Of a stretch of 64,000 nucleotides of DNA, positions 35,684-48,800 are shown in pieces. Below the pieces are notes generated by a model that made no database searches, had not been told where the DNA came from, and saw only the letters and a program-made list of their open reading frames with translations. Position 1 is the first letter of the stretch. Each line of letters opens with the position of its first letter. Source of the DNA: Dendrobates tinctorius (lineage: Eukaryota); NCBI RefSeq assembly GCF_039654945.1, contig NW_027361788.1, positions 28,520,001 to 28,584,000 of the forward strand, given 5' to 3'. Made by a program: the position numbers and the translations under genes.

Positions 35684-36699
35684 CCCAAGCAGGTTTTTCA
35701 CCGGACATCGTTAAAACCATGATCAGGGCTCGAAAGCCAGCTTCAGCCAGGATTTACTATCATACCTGGAAGGTTTTCTTTACATGGTGCGAATCTCACG
35801 GACTGATCCCACTTCCCTACTCTCTTCCAAAGGTCCTCGGTTTCCTTCAGTCAGGCTTGGACGCCAGGCTATCCCTGGGCTCGCTTAAGAGCCAGGAGTC
35901 AGCGCTTTCATTGCTCCTTCAGAGGCGTATTGCTAACAAGCCGCAAGAGAGGACTTTTCTCCAAGGGGTTTCCCAATTGGTTCCCCCCTACAAACATCCA
36001 TTGGAGACATGGGACCTCAACATGGTCCTGACAGCATTGCAGACACCTTTCGAACCCCTTAAGGAGGTCTCACTCTGCCTTCTATCACAGAAGGTGGTTT
36101 TTCTGGTGGCAATCACCTCGCTACGCAGGGTGTCCGAACTTTCAGCACTTTCCTGCAGACAACCCTTCCTAGTTTTCCATCAGGACAAAGTGGTTCTCCG
36201 TACAGTCCCATCATTCCTTCCGAAGGTTGTGTCCAGCTTCCACCTCAATGAGGAAATCTCACTACCATCTCTTTGCCCGGTTCCCGTTCATAGAGTGGAG
36301 AAGGCTCTGCATACGCTTGACCTTGTCAGGGCATTGCGTATTTACGTATCTAGGACTGCTTCCTTCCGGAAGTCTGATTCACTTTTCCTTCTTCCAGAAG
36401 GCGTTCGCAAGGGCCTACCGGCTTCCAAAGCCACCCTTGCTAGGTGGATCAAATCCACCATTCAAGAGGCTTACCGCCTTAACAATTCTCCTCTTCCGGC
36501 CAGTATCACGGCACACTCTACGCGGGCGGTAGGGGCCTCTTGGGCCATTCGGCATCAAGCCTCGGCACAACAAGTGTGTAAGGCAGCCACTTGGACTAGC
36601 CTCCACACATTTACAAAACACTACAGAGTGCATACCCAGTCCTCAGCGGATGCGAGCCTGGGTAGACGGGTCCTGCAGGCGGCAGTACCCCAAATCTAG
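35533..36699 (+). CDS. DIRS tyrosine recombinase domain ORF (open)
   Basis: 388-aa open frame with R-H-R-Y tetrad motifs LRRVSEL, HSTR and FTKHY. Confidence 0.9.
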   Translation: MYMVRRRRATHSRRPLASPHTSRTSVTRPVLPPELRGSQFDGVAIETWVLTQAGFSPDIVKTMIRARKPASARIYYHTWKVFFTWCESHGLIPLPYSLPKVLGFLQSGLDARLSLGSLKSQESALSLLLQRRIANKPQERTFLQGVSQLVPPYKHPLETWDLNMVLTALQTPFEPLKEVSLCLLSQKVVFLVAITSLRRVSELSALSCRQPFLVFHQDKVVLRTVPSFLPKVVSSFHLNEEISLPSLCPVPVHRVEKALHTLDLVRALRIYVSRTASFRKSDSLFLLPEGVRKGLPASKATLARWIKSTIQEAYRLNNSPLPASITAHSTRAVGASWAIRHQASAQQVCKAATWTSLHTFTKHYRVHTQSSADASLGRRVLQAAVPQI

Positions 36700-37449
36700 G
36701 GGACTGTCAGCACAATATTCGTCCACTGCTTCCCACCCAGGGACTGCTTTGGGACGTCCCACGGTTCTGTGTCCCCCAATTGGGCGACAGAGTAAAGGAG
36801 ATTTTTGTGTACTCACCGTAAAATCTCTTTCTCTTAGCCTTTAATTGGGGGACACAGCTCCCACCCTGTTGCCCTTATGGGCCGTTGTTACGGCTGAGTT
36901 CTCATATTGTTCTTTGAGCTCATACATAGTGGCCTTCTTACAGGCATGGTTATGTTATTCCTAATGCTTTTGCACAAAACTGGAGAAGGCTGACGCTGTC
37001 CAGGGGTGTATACTGCAGAGGAGGAGCAAAAGTTAATCTTTTTCAGATTATGCATAGTGTCGCCTCCTAGTGGACAGCAGCATAACACCCACGGTTCTGT
37101 GTCCCCCAATTAAAGGCTAAGAGAGAGATTTTACGGTGAGTACACAAAAATCTCCTTTTTTATTATTTATACAATTTACCTGACAATTCAGTCGGTTACG
37201 TTCTCGGTTGTATTATGTATCAGTTGGATTTTTACTAATCTTTTGTTTATGGCCATCTGAAAGAGAGTCTGTTGGCACAAAATAACTGTTCAAACCAAGC
37301 ACAAGGGCTTGATCTCTGCTTGGCGTGGCCAAGCAGTTCAACTACTTGTTTTCCATCTTTCTCTGGCTCCTGTAAAGCCAGAGCTGTCAATCAAGAAAGA
37401 GGAGGGTGGAGATAGAAACAGGTAGCCTGAAAGGCATACAAAACTGTTA

Positions 37450-37888
37450 GGGTCCTGTTTCACATAGCGATGCACCAGCGATCCCGACAACGATACGACC
37501 TGGTAGGGATCGCTGGTGCGTTGCTAAATGGTCGCTAGTAAGCTGCCAAACGGGCAGATCTCTTAAACGATGCGCCAGCGATCCCGACAACGATGCGACC
37601 TGGTAAGGATCGCTGGTGCGTTGTCACACATCAGCTATTCTGAACGATTCCAGCCTGAATTCTGCGTCGCCAACGAGGTCGCTCGTCGGCGTCAAACACA
37701 GCGATGCCCGCTGGCCAGTGGGACGCCGACAATGAAAAAATGGCCCAGGACATTCGAGCACGATCAGCGATATCCAGCGGGGGGGCTGGTTGCCGCTATG
37801 TGTCACATGTGGCGAGATCGCTTTTACGTCACAAAACTGGTGACCATCAGCGATCTCGCTAGCTGTCTCACTATGTGAGACAGGGCCT
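37450..37888. mobile_element. Harbinger/Tourist-like MITE (CAGCGAT family)
   Basis: TIR GGGTCCTGTTTCACATAG / CTATGTGAGACAGGGCCT, TTA flanks. Related to 2158-2595 and 2674-3068. Confidence 0.85.
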
Positions 37889-39663
37889 TTAGGCCACCTA
37901 GCGCCTTTGTTTGGTTTGAACAGTCTTTTTTTTTTCTTTTTTTTTTGTAACACTCTTTTTAAGACTCTCTTTATAACAAGGAGAAAACTAACAACAATTA
38001 ACTTTTAATGTTGGAAAAATACTTTTTATTATCAAAAGTCCAGAGAATAGATCGGTGGGAGTCTGATCACTGAGAATGGGGCTCGGAAATGCAGGATCAG
38101 AATGTCCAGTCACCACTCCATTTTTCTCTTTATGGAGAAAAAAGAAATGGGCTGGTCTAGGCTATCACCGGCAGAGAGAAAAATAGAACCGTGGCGTGTA
38201 TATCCGGTTGGGCTAGAGTGGTGGCCATACATGCACACCACCGTTTCATTCATTCATTCATTCATTCGATGTGGGACTGCAGAGACAAAGCAGAGCGTTA
38301 TCTCTTGCAGTTCCATAGAGAATAAATGGAGTGGCGTACTTGTGTAGCCACCGCTCTACTCCAACCAGCCATACACACGTTGCGGATTGCTGTGCGTAAT
38401 TTTCTGCGCGGAATTTGCATCTCTTTGCAGAATCCGCAGGTTTTTTATGCAGATTTCTTGCGGATTTATTATGCGTTTTTACACCTGTGGGTTCCTGTAT
38501 TGGAATGGGTGTAAAAACGCTGTGTTTCCGTGCGGATTTTTCCGCAGCATGTGCACAGCGGTTTTTTTACCCGATAGAATAACATTGTACTGTAAATCAC
38601 TTGCGGATCTGCAGCAAATACGCAACATGTGCACATACCCTTATTGTCTTCTTCCCATAGAAAATTAACAAAGTGATGGCGGCTCATTTCATTCTGGCAT
38701 TTCAGAACCTGTTCTCAGGATTGGGGAGAATTCCAGCTGTCAGACCCCAATAGGTGATACATTTTAATCTTGGGAATAACCCTTCAATGAATAATAGTTT
38801 CTTAAAGGGGAAATTGACCAAGAACCGATGATTTGGTAGCACTGACGATGTCCATATACGTCAGTGCTACCAAGTTCTAACTGTACATTGGTAGATGCTG
38901 TGGTGGGTGATGCTTGTAAATGTATTCTGAGGATGCTCACGCTATTTTTGTTGTTGGCGGCTTCTTGTGAAAGGTGACCTTGTGCTGGAATGAATCAGCG
39001 TGCGTGCCCCGAGTGTGTAGGAAATGCATCTTATTAACCCAGCCCTGCACGTCACTTCGACATCTGGAGCAGCAGAGAATCCTCGGAGGGTTAATGAGTG
39101 TCTGTAAAAACCCTTGGTTGTCTATTACCTTGTTAATATATTGCCTATAGTGGGTGAAGAACTATGGATCCAAGAGTTTTGCTAGTAAAGATCAAGCACA
39201 AACATGGATCCATCCCATTTCAAAAGGCTGTCCAGGGTCAGAAAATGTGTACTGTAATTTTTTTCCATTATTATTGCATTTTAGGGCTATAGACTGCAAT
39301 AGAAAGGTTCTGCAATACCAGACACAGCCTGTGGACAGATGTGGCGCTGTCTTTAAGCTTAGTGTTTTTCATTTTTTTTTTTTTTTTTAAAGCTGGCCAT
39401 ACACTTGAGATAGAAACCAGGTGGCTTGGCTCCCTTATTTTTACATGCTAGCCGGTCCGGCTGAGTTGTTTGTAAGTCGAATGAGTAGCTGCATCCATGT
39501 TACTGGCTTTTTGAGAATAAAGCTTTAGTAATGTAGGGTTTAAGAGAAGATGATCCTTCCTTGACAGTAGGTTTTAATTTTCAGCCCCAGTTTGTGGTTT
39601 CCTGTCCGTTATCTCCTGGCATCTGTTGTTTTTATTTCTTTGTGGATTAAAATTGATGTTTAA

Positions 39664-40022
39664 AGGGGACCTGTCACTTTTTATAAATACCCCTAGTGTA
39701 AATGCCGCTGTTCTACTGAATTCGGCATTCTTTTCCTTTTGTCCATGCTCCTTTCTGTTCCTGAGATATGACCCCTTCTTCCTTGCATATGAATCTAGTA
39801 TTTTCATTAAATGGGTGTGGTCCTCAAGAAGACTCCCACAGAGAAGAGTTGGGGACCACTCCCACTTGGCTAAAAGGAGTAGATTTTTGTACAGTGAAGA
39901 AGAGGTCATATCTTAGGTATGGAGAGGCGCAGTAACAAAAGAAAACAACGCCGGATTCAGGAGATCAGCGGCAGTTACACCAGGTTAAAAAAATACATAT
40001 TAATGGCAAGTTACAGGCCCCT
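39664..40022. mobile_element. Palindromic TTAA MITE (Kolobok/T2-like; relatives at ~48485-48790, 54118-54425, 59780-60140)
   Basis: TTAA|AGGGGACCTGT ... ACAGGCCCCT|TTAA, with internal inverted GTGTAAATGCCGCTG..CTGAAT repeats. Confidence 0.85.
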
Positions 40023-40294
40023 TTAATCCAACCCTCTTACTATTTAGAGGGGCTGTATGAGATCAGTGGTCTGAGACGCTTGTTGTATGTAGATTAGCTG
40101 ACTAAACTGCAACGACGATTCCCAAAAGTGTGAGAAGTGTTGGTTTTATGATCCCTTTAATATCCTTTGTATCATGTCTAATCCATTCCCCTTGTGTAAT
40201 CTGTCCTCACCTGTTCCTTGCTGGTATATTTAGATGTCAGGTTTCTCAGGGATTTTACTGAAAGCTGTTCTGTCTGCTTGTTTCCAGGTGAGCC

Positions 40295-42445
40295 ATGATC
40301 CCTGTAACAGAGCTGCGGTATTTTGCTGACACGCAACCGGCTTATCGCATCTTGAAACCATGGTGGGATGTCTTCACGGACTACATCTCAATCGTCATGC
40401 TGATGATAGCGGTGTTTGGGGGAACCCTGCAGGTCACACAGGATAAGATGATCTGCCTGCCTTGTAAATGGGTCACCCATGACAGCTGTAATGATTCATA
40501 CCGTGCCTGGACAACTCCAGAACCAGAGTACACCAATAGTAGTCTGGTGCCACCTCCTGATCTCGGCCCGACTGGCATCAAATACGACTTGGATAGACAT
40601 CAGTATAACTACGTTGATGCCGTTTGCTATGAAAATCGTCTGCACTGGTTCGCCAAGTACTTTCCTTACCTCGTATTACTGCACACGTTGATCTTCTTAG
40701 CCTGTAGTAATTTCTGGTTTAAGTTTCCCCGCACCAGCTCCAAGTTGGAGCATTTTGTATCCATCCTTCTCAAATGCTTTGATTCACCATGGACAACTCG
40801 AGCTTTGTCTGAAACCGTGGTGGAAGAAAGCGATACTAAGCCGGCCGGAGGCAAGATGAACGGCTCGGTGGACAAGAAGTCTTCTACAGCAAGCGAAGAT
40901 GTGGAAGCCACCGTGCCCATGCTTCAAAGGAGTAAATCCAGGGTGGAACAGGGGATTGTTGACAGAACTGAAACCGGCGTCTTGGATAAAAAGGAGGGTG
41001 AGCAGGCCAAAGCCTTATTCGAAAAGGTGAAGAAGTTCAGAACTCATGTAGAAGAAGGTGATATAGTATACAGGCTTTATATGCGGCAGACAATCATCAA
41101 AGTCATCAAGTTTATTCTGATCCTTTGCTACACTGTGTATTACGTTAGCAGCATTACTTTCGATGTGGACTGCAAGGTGGACATTGAAAGCCTAACCGGC
41201 TATCGAATGTATCGTTGTGCTCATCCACTGGCAACCCTGTTCAAAATCTTAGCCTCTTTCTACATCAGTCTGGTGGGCTTTTATGGACTGGTCTGCGTCT
41301 ACACACTCTGGTGGATGCTGAGGCGGTCCTTAAAAAAATATTCCTTCGAGTCCATCCGAGAAGAGAGCAGCTACAGCGATATCCCGGATGTGAAGAATGA
41401 CTTTGCGTTCATGCTGCATCTCATCGACCAGTACGATCCACTCTACTCGAAGCGCTTTGCCGTCTTTTTGTCGGAAGTCAGCGAGAATAAGCTGAGACAG
41501 CTGAACCTCAATCATGAGTGGACATTGGATAAACTACGGCAAAGGATCACCAAGAACTCCCAAGACAAGCTGGAGCTGCACCTTTTCATGTTGAGCGGTA
41601 TCCCCGACACAGTGTTTGACCTTGTTGAGTTGGAAGTTTTGAAACTAGAACTTATACCAGATGTCACCATCCCTCCTAGCATCGCCCAGCTACTGGGGTT
41701 AAAGGAGCTCTGGCTGTATCACACAGCTGCTAAAATTGAGGCGCCAGCTTTAGCCTTCCTCCGAGAGAACCTAAAGTCACTGCATATCAAATTTACTGAC
41801 ATCAAGGAGATTCCTTTATGGATCTATAGCTTGAAAAACTTGGAGGAGCTGCACCTGACTGGTAACCTGAGCTCCGAGAACAACCGATATATCGTCATCG
41901 ATGGTCTACGAGAGTTGAAGAGGTTGAAAGTGTTGAGGCTGAAGAGTAACCTGACTAAATTACCCCAAGTCGTGACCGATGTGGGCGTCCACCTGCAGAA
42001 GCTCTCTGTCAACAATGAGGGCACCAAGCTGATGGTCCTCAACAGTCTCAAAAAGATGGTGAACCTTGCAGAACTGGAGTTGGTGCGTTGTGATTTGGAG
42101 AGAATTCCTCACTCCATTTTTAGTCTTCACAACCTTCAGGAAATCGATCTGAAGGATAATAATTTGAAGACCATCGAGGAGATTATCAGCTTCCAGCACC
42201 TGCACAGACTGACCTGCCTTAAGCTCTGGTATAACCATATCGCCTACATCCCCATTCAGATTGGCAATCTGGCATGCCTCGAGCGCTTGTACCTCAACCG
42301 CAACAAGATAGACAAAATACCAATTCAGCTGTGCTTGTGCAGAAAGCTTCGTCATCTTGACCTGAGCCACAACTCCCTAACAAGTATCCCATCGGAGATT
42401 GGGCAACTTCAGAACTTGCAGTATTTTGCCGTAACTGCCAACCAT
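40295..42445 (+). CDS. LRRC8A: Volume-regulated anion channel subunit LRRC8A (SWELL1), large coding exon (717 codons; exon starts 40288)
   Basis: MIPVTELRYFADTQPAYRILKPWWDVFTDY N-terminus, four TM segments, LRR array. tttccag| acceptor and CAT|gtgagt donor. Confidence 0.99.
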
Positions 42446-43518
42446 GTGAGTATCTATTCTTTCAAAATTCACAAGTATTAGCACCCCTGATTTTTTAAGG
42501 CAAACTGTTACTCTGTGCCAGGCAGTGAATGCGATTATATCCCATAAGTGGGCATCTGCATAGCGTAGCTCTAGGGAAGGGGTTCCACTATGTTACAAAA
42601 CTACCACCCCACCATCACACTGCAGCTGAGCAGTCATAGATTGGAGACAACTATTTAGTATTATACTAATTAAAGATCTGTGTATATAGGGATTTCTTAA
42701 TTAAAGAGGGTTTGTCTATTTAAAAAAAATAATGGTATATTTCTAGGATATTCTATCAATTTATGACCAGTCTTGGTCCCACACACTTTGACCTCCTTTG
42801 CTAGTTTTCCCCTACACTGTGGCCCGGTCACCCGCTGTGCATAGAGCTGCACCACTGCATAATGTAACATGGAAAATGCTGACCCGGTTCTAGTTGTATT
42901 TCTTTCAGGGTCCATAGGTGTCCGCGAGGTAAAATTTTGGCCACCCATAGAGTTGGTGTTTTCCTAACTATGCCATCCATTTACATAATACAAAGGCCAC
43001 TCTTTGAAGAAAATATAGAACAACTAGTTTTCTCAAAAGCTCCACCAACCCATGCATAGTCAAAACCACAGTACCCCACGCTCTCCTCTCCCAGCCGATT
43101 AATATAGACATTAACACAACTGTTGCAAAGTAACCATCGCAGTATTTGCCTATTTTCATCAGCTGGTGCATATTCTGTAAAAGGGATTTTAATAATTAAA
43201 GCCGTTCAATATTTTGTTACTTGGCAAGTGGATAACCCAACTTGTCCTCCCTTCCTGGAAATAGTTTTCTTGTAACAAGAGTAAATTCTGCTTGTTGCAA
43301 ATCTACACCTGCCAGCAAGCCCCGTCAATTTTACGACTTATGACTTCATAAAATGGGAATACCCTTTTAATAGATTACATAGTCAATGTGACCTTGCCTG
43401 ACAGAGGGTGCAAATATTCTGGACATTTTAAAGGGGTCTCCAGTGGTCTTTGACCACTTTCTATGTGACCAGCATCAGAACGTTCCCTGTAAAATTAACC
43501 CATTTCTCTTCTCCTTAG

Positions 43519-43794
43519 ATTGAGAACCTGCCGCCGGAGCTTTTCCAGTGCAAGAAACTTCGTACCCTGAATTTAGGGAACAACGGCCTGCAGTCTCTGC
43601 CCTCTCGGGTGGGCGAGCTCACCAATCTGGGCCAGATGGAGCTGAGGGGTAACAGACTGGAGTGTCTTCCCGTGGAGCTCGGGGAATGTCACCTCCTAAA
43701 ACGCAGCGGACTCGTGGTGGAGGAGGATTTGTTCAACACTTTGCCTCTGGAGGTGAAGGAGAAGTTAACCAGAGCAGACAAGGAACCTGTGTGA
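43519..43794 (+). CDS. LRRC8A: LRRC8A last coding exon (91 aa + stop; total 808 aa)
   Basis: ccttag|ATT GAG AAC: IENLPPELFQCKKLRTLNLGNN..LKRSGLVVEEDLFNTLPLEVKEKLTRADKEPV*. Confidence 0.98.
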   Translation: MENLPPELFQCKKLRTLNLGNNGLQSLPSRVGELTNLGQMELRGNRLECLPVELGECHLLKRSGLVVEEDLFNTLPLEVKEKLTRADKEPV

Positions 43795-44966
43795 GAAAGG
43801 ACCCAAGTCAAGGGAAATCCTTATGAGACCTTGGCACTGGGGGTGATCGGGGGCTTCTGCTTATTCTCAATACAGAGTGATGAGCACTGAACACAGCGAT
43901 CTGGCATCTGTCGTATGAGGCCTCACATACTGGATGACCCTGGAAGGGAAGGAAGGTTGCCACCCATTCCTGTCCTGCACAGACGTCCTATCTCCAGGCA
44001 GACAGCTTTAACTTAGTAGTCATTACCGCCATCCCATGCTTCTTCCTCTACTGCTATTCATAGGAAGGGCTCTTGGTGCTTTTATTTCATGTGCGTTTAT
44101 CGCCTCCATTTTTGTTTTCCTTGAATTTTCATTATTTATAGGTTTGTTTTTTTTCCCTGACCCAATCCCTATAGAGCCTTAATGTAAATGTTCCCATCGC
44201 TCCAGCTAAGCTGCTTGTTACTAACTTACGTAACAGACCACTGTGCCAAAGCGGGGAATCCGATACTAACCTAGGGCCCCCTGCTCTGACTATACATGGG
44301 TGACGGCAAGGATGGGCAGCACCACGCACATCGCCTTTCAGCTGTGCAATGCAGAGGACTGCTGGAAATCACTTACACTGTGTGTATACATAGACACATA
44401 CACACCACACATGTAGATTTCTCCATTACTGTTAGAATATTTACAGGAATACTCTGAGGAAAAATGATAGTATCTTATGTCTGGCGCATGAAACCTGGCT
44501 CTTTTCTGCATGCTTGTGTCCTGTACCACCCCTGAGTCCCAGCATAGGGCACAACTCTGCATATCCACTTGGTCCAGAGGTTTCTCCATGGCATCACATA
44601 ACCGGCACATTCAAAGGGAACCCATTGAGAGAGCACGGCTGATGAACATTGGGCAGAAAGAAATACAGACAAATCACCGCTTTAACTGCAGCATCAGAGG
44701 GAAAACAAGAGTTTGATGATGGGGCTGGGTCCACCCTGCGTTTCCCCTCTCGCTTCTCCCGACCCTTCTGAGGTGGTCTACCTGCTGTCTCCCTATGTGT
44801 GAATAGGGAGAGGTCTTTCAACTGAATTGGGGCAAGAAGGAGACACCAAGCAGACTTTCTGTCTCCGGCTTGGACTCATTCCTTCACCCCCTCTAGTGCT
44901 TTTCTTCCCCTACTCCACCCCCCATACTACCACTGGGCGGACTATCTCCCTCCCCCCCCCCCCCCC

Positions 44967-45530
44967 CCCATACTCCCACCGGGCAGACTGTCCTCCAAAA
45001 CCCATACTCTCACCGGGCAGACTGTCCTCCAAAACCCATACTCTCACCGGGCAGACTGTCCTCCAAAACCCATACTCTCACCGGGCAGACTGTCCTCCAA
45101 AACCCATACTCTCACCGGGCAGACTGTCCTCCAAAACCCATACTCTCACCGGGCAGACTGTCCTCCAAAACCCATACTCTCACCGGGCAGACTGTCCTCC
45201 AAAACCCATACTCTCACCGGGCAGACTGTCCTCCAAAACCCATACTCTCACCGGGCAGACTGTCCTCCAAAACCCATACTCTCACCGGGCAGACTGTTTC
45301 CCCTCCCCCTATACTCCCACCGGGCTGACTATCCCCCATACTCCCACCGGGCGGAATGTTCCCCCCCCCAACCCCATATTCCCACTTGGCGGACTGTCCC
45401 CCTTCCCCCATACTCCCACTGGGCGGACTGTCCCCCTTCCCCCATACTCCCACCGGGCCGACTGTTTGCCCCCCACCACCACCGTACTCCCATCGGTCAG
45501 CCTCTTTGCCCGCACCACCACCATACTCCT
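44967..45530 (+). repeat. 34-bp minisatellite (~10 near-perfect copies, then degenerate) downstream of the LRRC8A stop
   Basis: CCCATACTCTCACCGGGCAGACTGTCCTCCAAAA repeats at 45001, 45035, 45069 and onward. Confidence 0.95.
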
Positions 45531-45702
45531 ACAGGTCACTGACTGCCAATGCGTCCACAAAACCGAGCAAGCGGTTGTGAACACCGCTGGGTACAGGAGA
45601 GGACTCTCACTGGAGTGCCAGGTTTTTGTGCTATACTTGTTAATGGATTTGGACCCTAATTGAGTACCGTATACCAGCAGTGCCGTGGCTTTCCTGTTAA
45701 TT

Positions 45703-45835
45703 CTGCATCCTGCCCCATTGTGCCGGTCAGAGAGCGTGCAGTGCATCCTGCCCCATTGTGCTGGAGAGAGAGCGTGCAGTGCATCCTGCCCCACTGTGCC
45801 GGAGAGAGCGCAGTGCATCCTGCCCCATTGTGCCG
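45703..45835 (+). repeat. Short tandem repeat TGCATCCTGCCCCATTGTGC..GAGAGCG (~4 copies)
   Basis: Directly visible. Confidence 0.85.
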
Positions 45836-48800
45836 AAGAGGCGCCTCCATACAGCCCAGTGTTATCTCTACCAGGCCCCTCTGCTTTACACTAGATAGGA
45901 GGATTTTAGCTGAGGTATTGACCGTGTTAACCCCTCGGCCGCCCTCTGTACAGCAGATAATGCAGCCCTAATACGGGGGCTGTGTCATCCTATGCTTTTC
46001 CAAACTTCTGTGTGTCTGCACTCGGGGCAGGCATCCCATCTCTATCACGACCGTTCAACTGTGTTTTCTGCATTTTTTAAATTTTATCACCAAGAACATT
46101 TTTTTTTTTTTTGTGGTGGGTGATTTTTAAAGGGGCGGTGCGATTAAAATGTTTCGTTATATCTATTTAATGAGGTCATTGCGCACATTTTACTGTTACC
46201 GCAATTTAAGGCTGTTTTGTTGCTTTCCCCCATATTTGCATTGTATTTATTAGTTTAGTTATCCGCTTTGACGCCTTAGTTTTGTTTTCCACCATCAGCG
46301 ATGTGCCTGTTGCATGAGATTCTGCAGTCCAAAGACTTGATCTTTCCGCCGGGCGCTGCATTAATGTCTTCCATACCTTGCAGAGAGATCAAGAGAATAG
46401 CGCCATCCACTGTGTTATATGTTTGTACATCACCCCCAGGAGCTTTTTAGCTCGTTACGTTTGTCCGCCTGCATCAGGCGGCCGGTTTTTGTCTTAACGG
46501 GCCTTTTGTTTGTTCTGGCTTTTAGAAAAAAAAAAATGTACATGCAAATCACTTGTCCTTCATGTTCGCATAGATCTCAAGTAAAATTATACTTTAGTCC
46601 AAAAGATTTTTCGGCTTGAGTTTTACTTTCCACCGACTTTGGGGAAAGAGAGACAAATGCAGATTTATGGCTCAATTTGCATAAAAAAACTGATTTATGT
46701 TTTGGGCACTTTTTAAAAGGGTTCCCTTCCATGTTCGTAAATGGGTATTGTTGGTTAGCTTGTAAATACGAGCAATTTTGCAATTTACTGCTTGTTAAAG
46801 TTTTCAGCCGTTCTTGAGGTATTAACACTTTTTGTTTACAGTTCATTGCCTTGGAGACCGTCCTCCACTGCTAGACAGAACATACGCAGGTGCTTACAAG
46901 CTCTTTTCGGTTGAGCTTGTAGGCACTGATTTGAAGCTAGAGCACGCAATGTTGCCTCCTAATCCCAGTCAATTTCAGCGCAGTGCTTACAAGCTTGAAC
47001 GTAGCGGTGGTCAGTCTCCTAGGCAACGAGCTGTAAACAAACAAAAGTGTTTATCTCAAGAACCGCTGCAAGTTTTAATAAGCAGCAAATTGCAAAAGTG
47101 CTTGTTTATACATGAACTATCTGACAATATCCATCTATGAAGATGGGAATTACACTTTTAAAATTTCTTAGAATGAGGTGGAAATGGGTTGAAAATTAGC
47201 AGATATGAGCCAATAGATGATATAACGATTTGGGAATAGTAAACCTGACCCCAATGTTTGTAAAGGGGTTACACAGCGTTGTGCTATTGATTCCGCACTC
47301 ATGAAACACATGTCAAGACCTCAGGCGCCACAAATATGCTGCTGTTCAGCTCCCACCCAGAGCGTAAATTACAGGTGCGGAATGTACTGATTCTGACGAC
47401 CATCTATACTTTGTGACCTTTAAATGTCGGGGCGTGAAGCATTCAGTTTTAGAAAGTGGCCATTGCCTTTACACAGGACCAGTCGGCTGCCTCGATCTGT
47501 TGGTTTCAATACATCAATGTATGTCCCATAATATCACAATCCTGGAACATGTTTTATACCTCTCCCTTGTGCCGCTCCTCTCTTGTCCCTCCTAAATTGA
47601 CAAATGGGTGTTATCAGTTGGGGGGCCTGTCTCTACACATGATTACTGTCCAGTCAACTGCCAGTAGAAGACTCTGTAGGGACACACCCTTTTTAACAAG
47701 CATAGCAACACCCAGTTGTCAATGTATTCATACATTTCTCAGAGGGATGTCAAAATAAAAGAAAGTTGAGGCAAAATTTGCTCCAGAATTATTTAGTGAA
47801 AAAAACAAGAATTTAAGATTTTTTTTTTTTTTTTTAAAAAAAAAAAAGGAATTCTCCCAATGCTATCCCCAGTGCACGTCCTCAGTGGGCGGAGCATGAC
47901 ACAGGATATATCTCCTTTGATGGTTTGTGAATACTTGTGTCATGCAGACTTTGAACTAGGCGTAATGTTTTGCTTGGATTTAAGATCTTTTATAGTGATG
48001 TACTGAGGATTCTCATCCTGTGGCTCCAGCGTTTGCCAAACAGACTGCCAGCATGGCCAGCAACATCCAGCTAAGGGATAATTTTTTTTTCCCCGCAACA
48101 GCTGGTGAGTCAAAGGTTGGAGATCACTAGCCTAAGGCCTCTTTCACACTTCCGTTTTTGACCATCAGTCAAAATCCGCCAGGTTTTGAAAAAAACGGAT
48201 CCGCCATTTTTTTGCGGATCCGTTTTTTTCCCCATTGAGTTGCATTACTGGCGGATCTTGCTGGATGGTCATCCGTTTTTGTGAGGATCCGCAAAATGTT
48301 TTGCATCCGCCGACATGCCTGGACGGACCTTGCAACGTTTTTGTTGTTGTTGGATCCGCAATTTCCAGTGCGCATGTCTGGAGAAAGGAAGTCAGGGACA
48401 AAATTAACCCTGAAATCCTTTCGGCGGACGATAAATCTCTCTCTCTCTCTCTTTTTGTTCACTTTTTTTTTTTTTTGTTTTTCAACCTGGTGTAAATGCC
48501 GCTGTTCTCCTGAATCCGGCGCTGTTTTTCTTTTGTGTTTGCGCCTCTCAGTTCCTGAGATATGACTTCTTCTTACTTGTATATAAATCTAGTTTTGTTA
48601 ACAAGGGGGTGTGGTCCTTGAAGTGTTCACGCCCACATGGCTACAAAAGACTTGATTTATATAAAGGGAAGAAGAGGCCATATCTCAAGAACGGAAAGGC
48701 GCAGGAACAAAAGAGAAACATCGCCGGATTCAGGAGAACAGCGGCATTTACACCAGGTAAAATATACATATCTATGGGAAGTGACAGGTCTCTTCTCTCC

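Larger units (their letters stand above)
29913..37157 (+). mobile_element. Structurally complete DIRS1-like retrotransposon in LRRC8A intron
   Basis: Left ITR ~29913-30065, right ITR ~36975-37112 plus 3' extension to ~37157. The ICR at 36758-36857 is complementary to both termini. Gene order is gag, RT (YLDD), RNaseH (TTDAS), MT, YR. No TSD. Confidence 0.95.

Noticed and set aside
35533-36699. Phage integrase / bacterial contamination, or a domesticated recombinase gene
   Set aside because: Embedded in a complete DIRS element with ITRs, ICR and RT, within a vertebrate intron. No evidence of domestication.
42446-42481. C-terminal VSIYSFKIHKY* of the 728-aa ORF (truncated LRRC8A)
   Set aside because: Read-through into the intron past the gtgagt donor. 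The true C-terminus is in exon 43519-43794.
44827-45663. 278-aa ORF, and regular repeats that might suggest a CRISPR-like array
   Set aside because: Head-to-tail 34-bp units with no unique spacers. It is an ordinary VNTR in a vertebrate genome.
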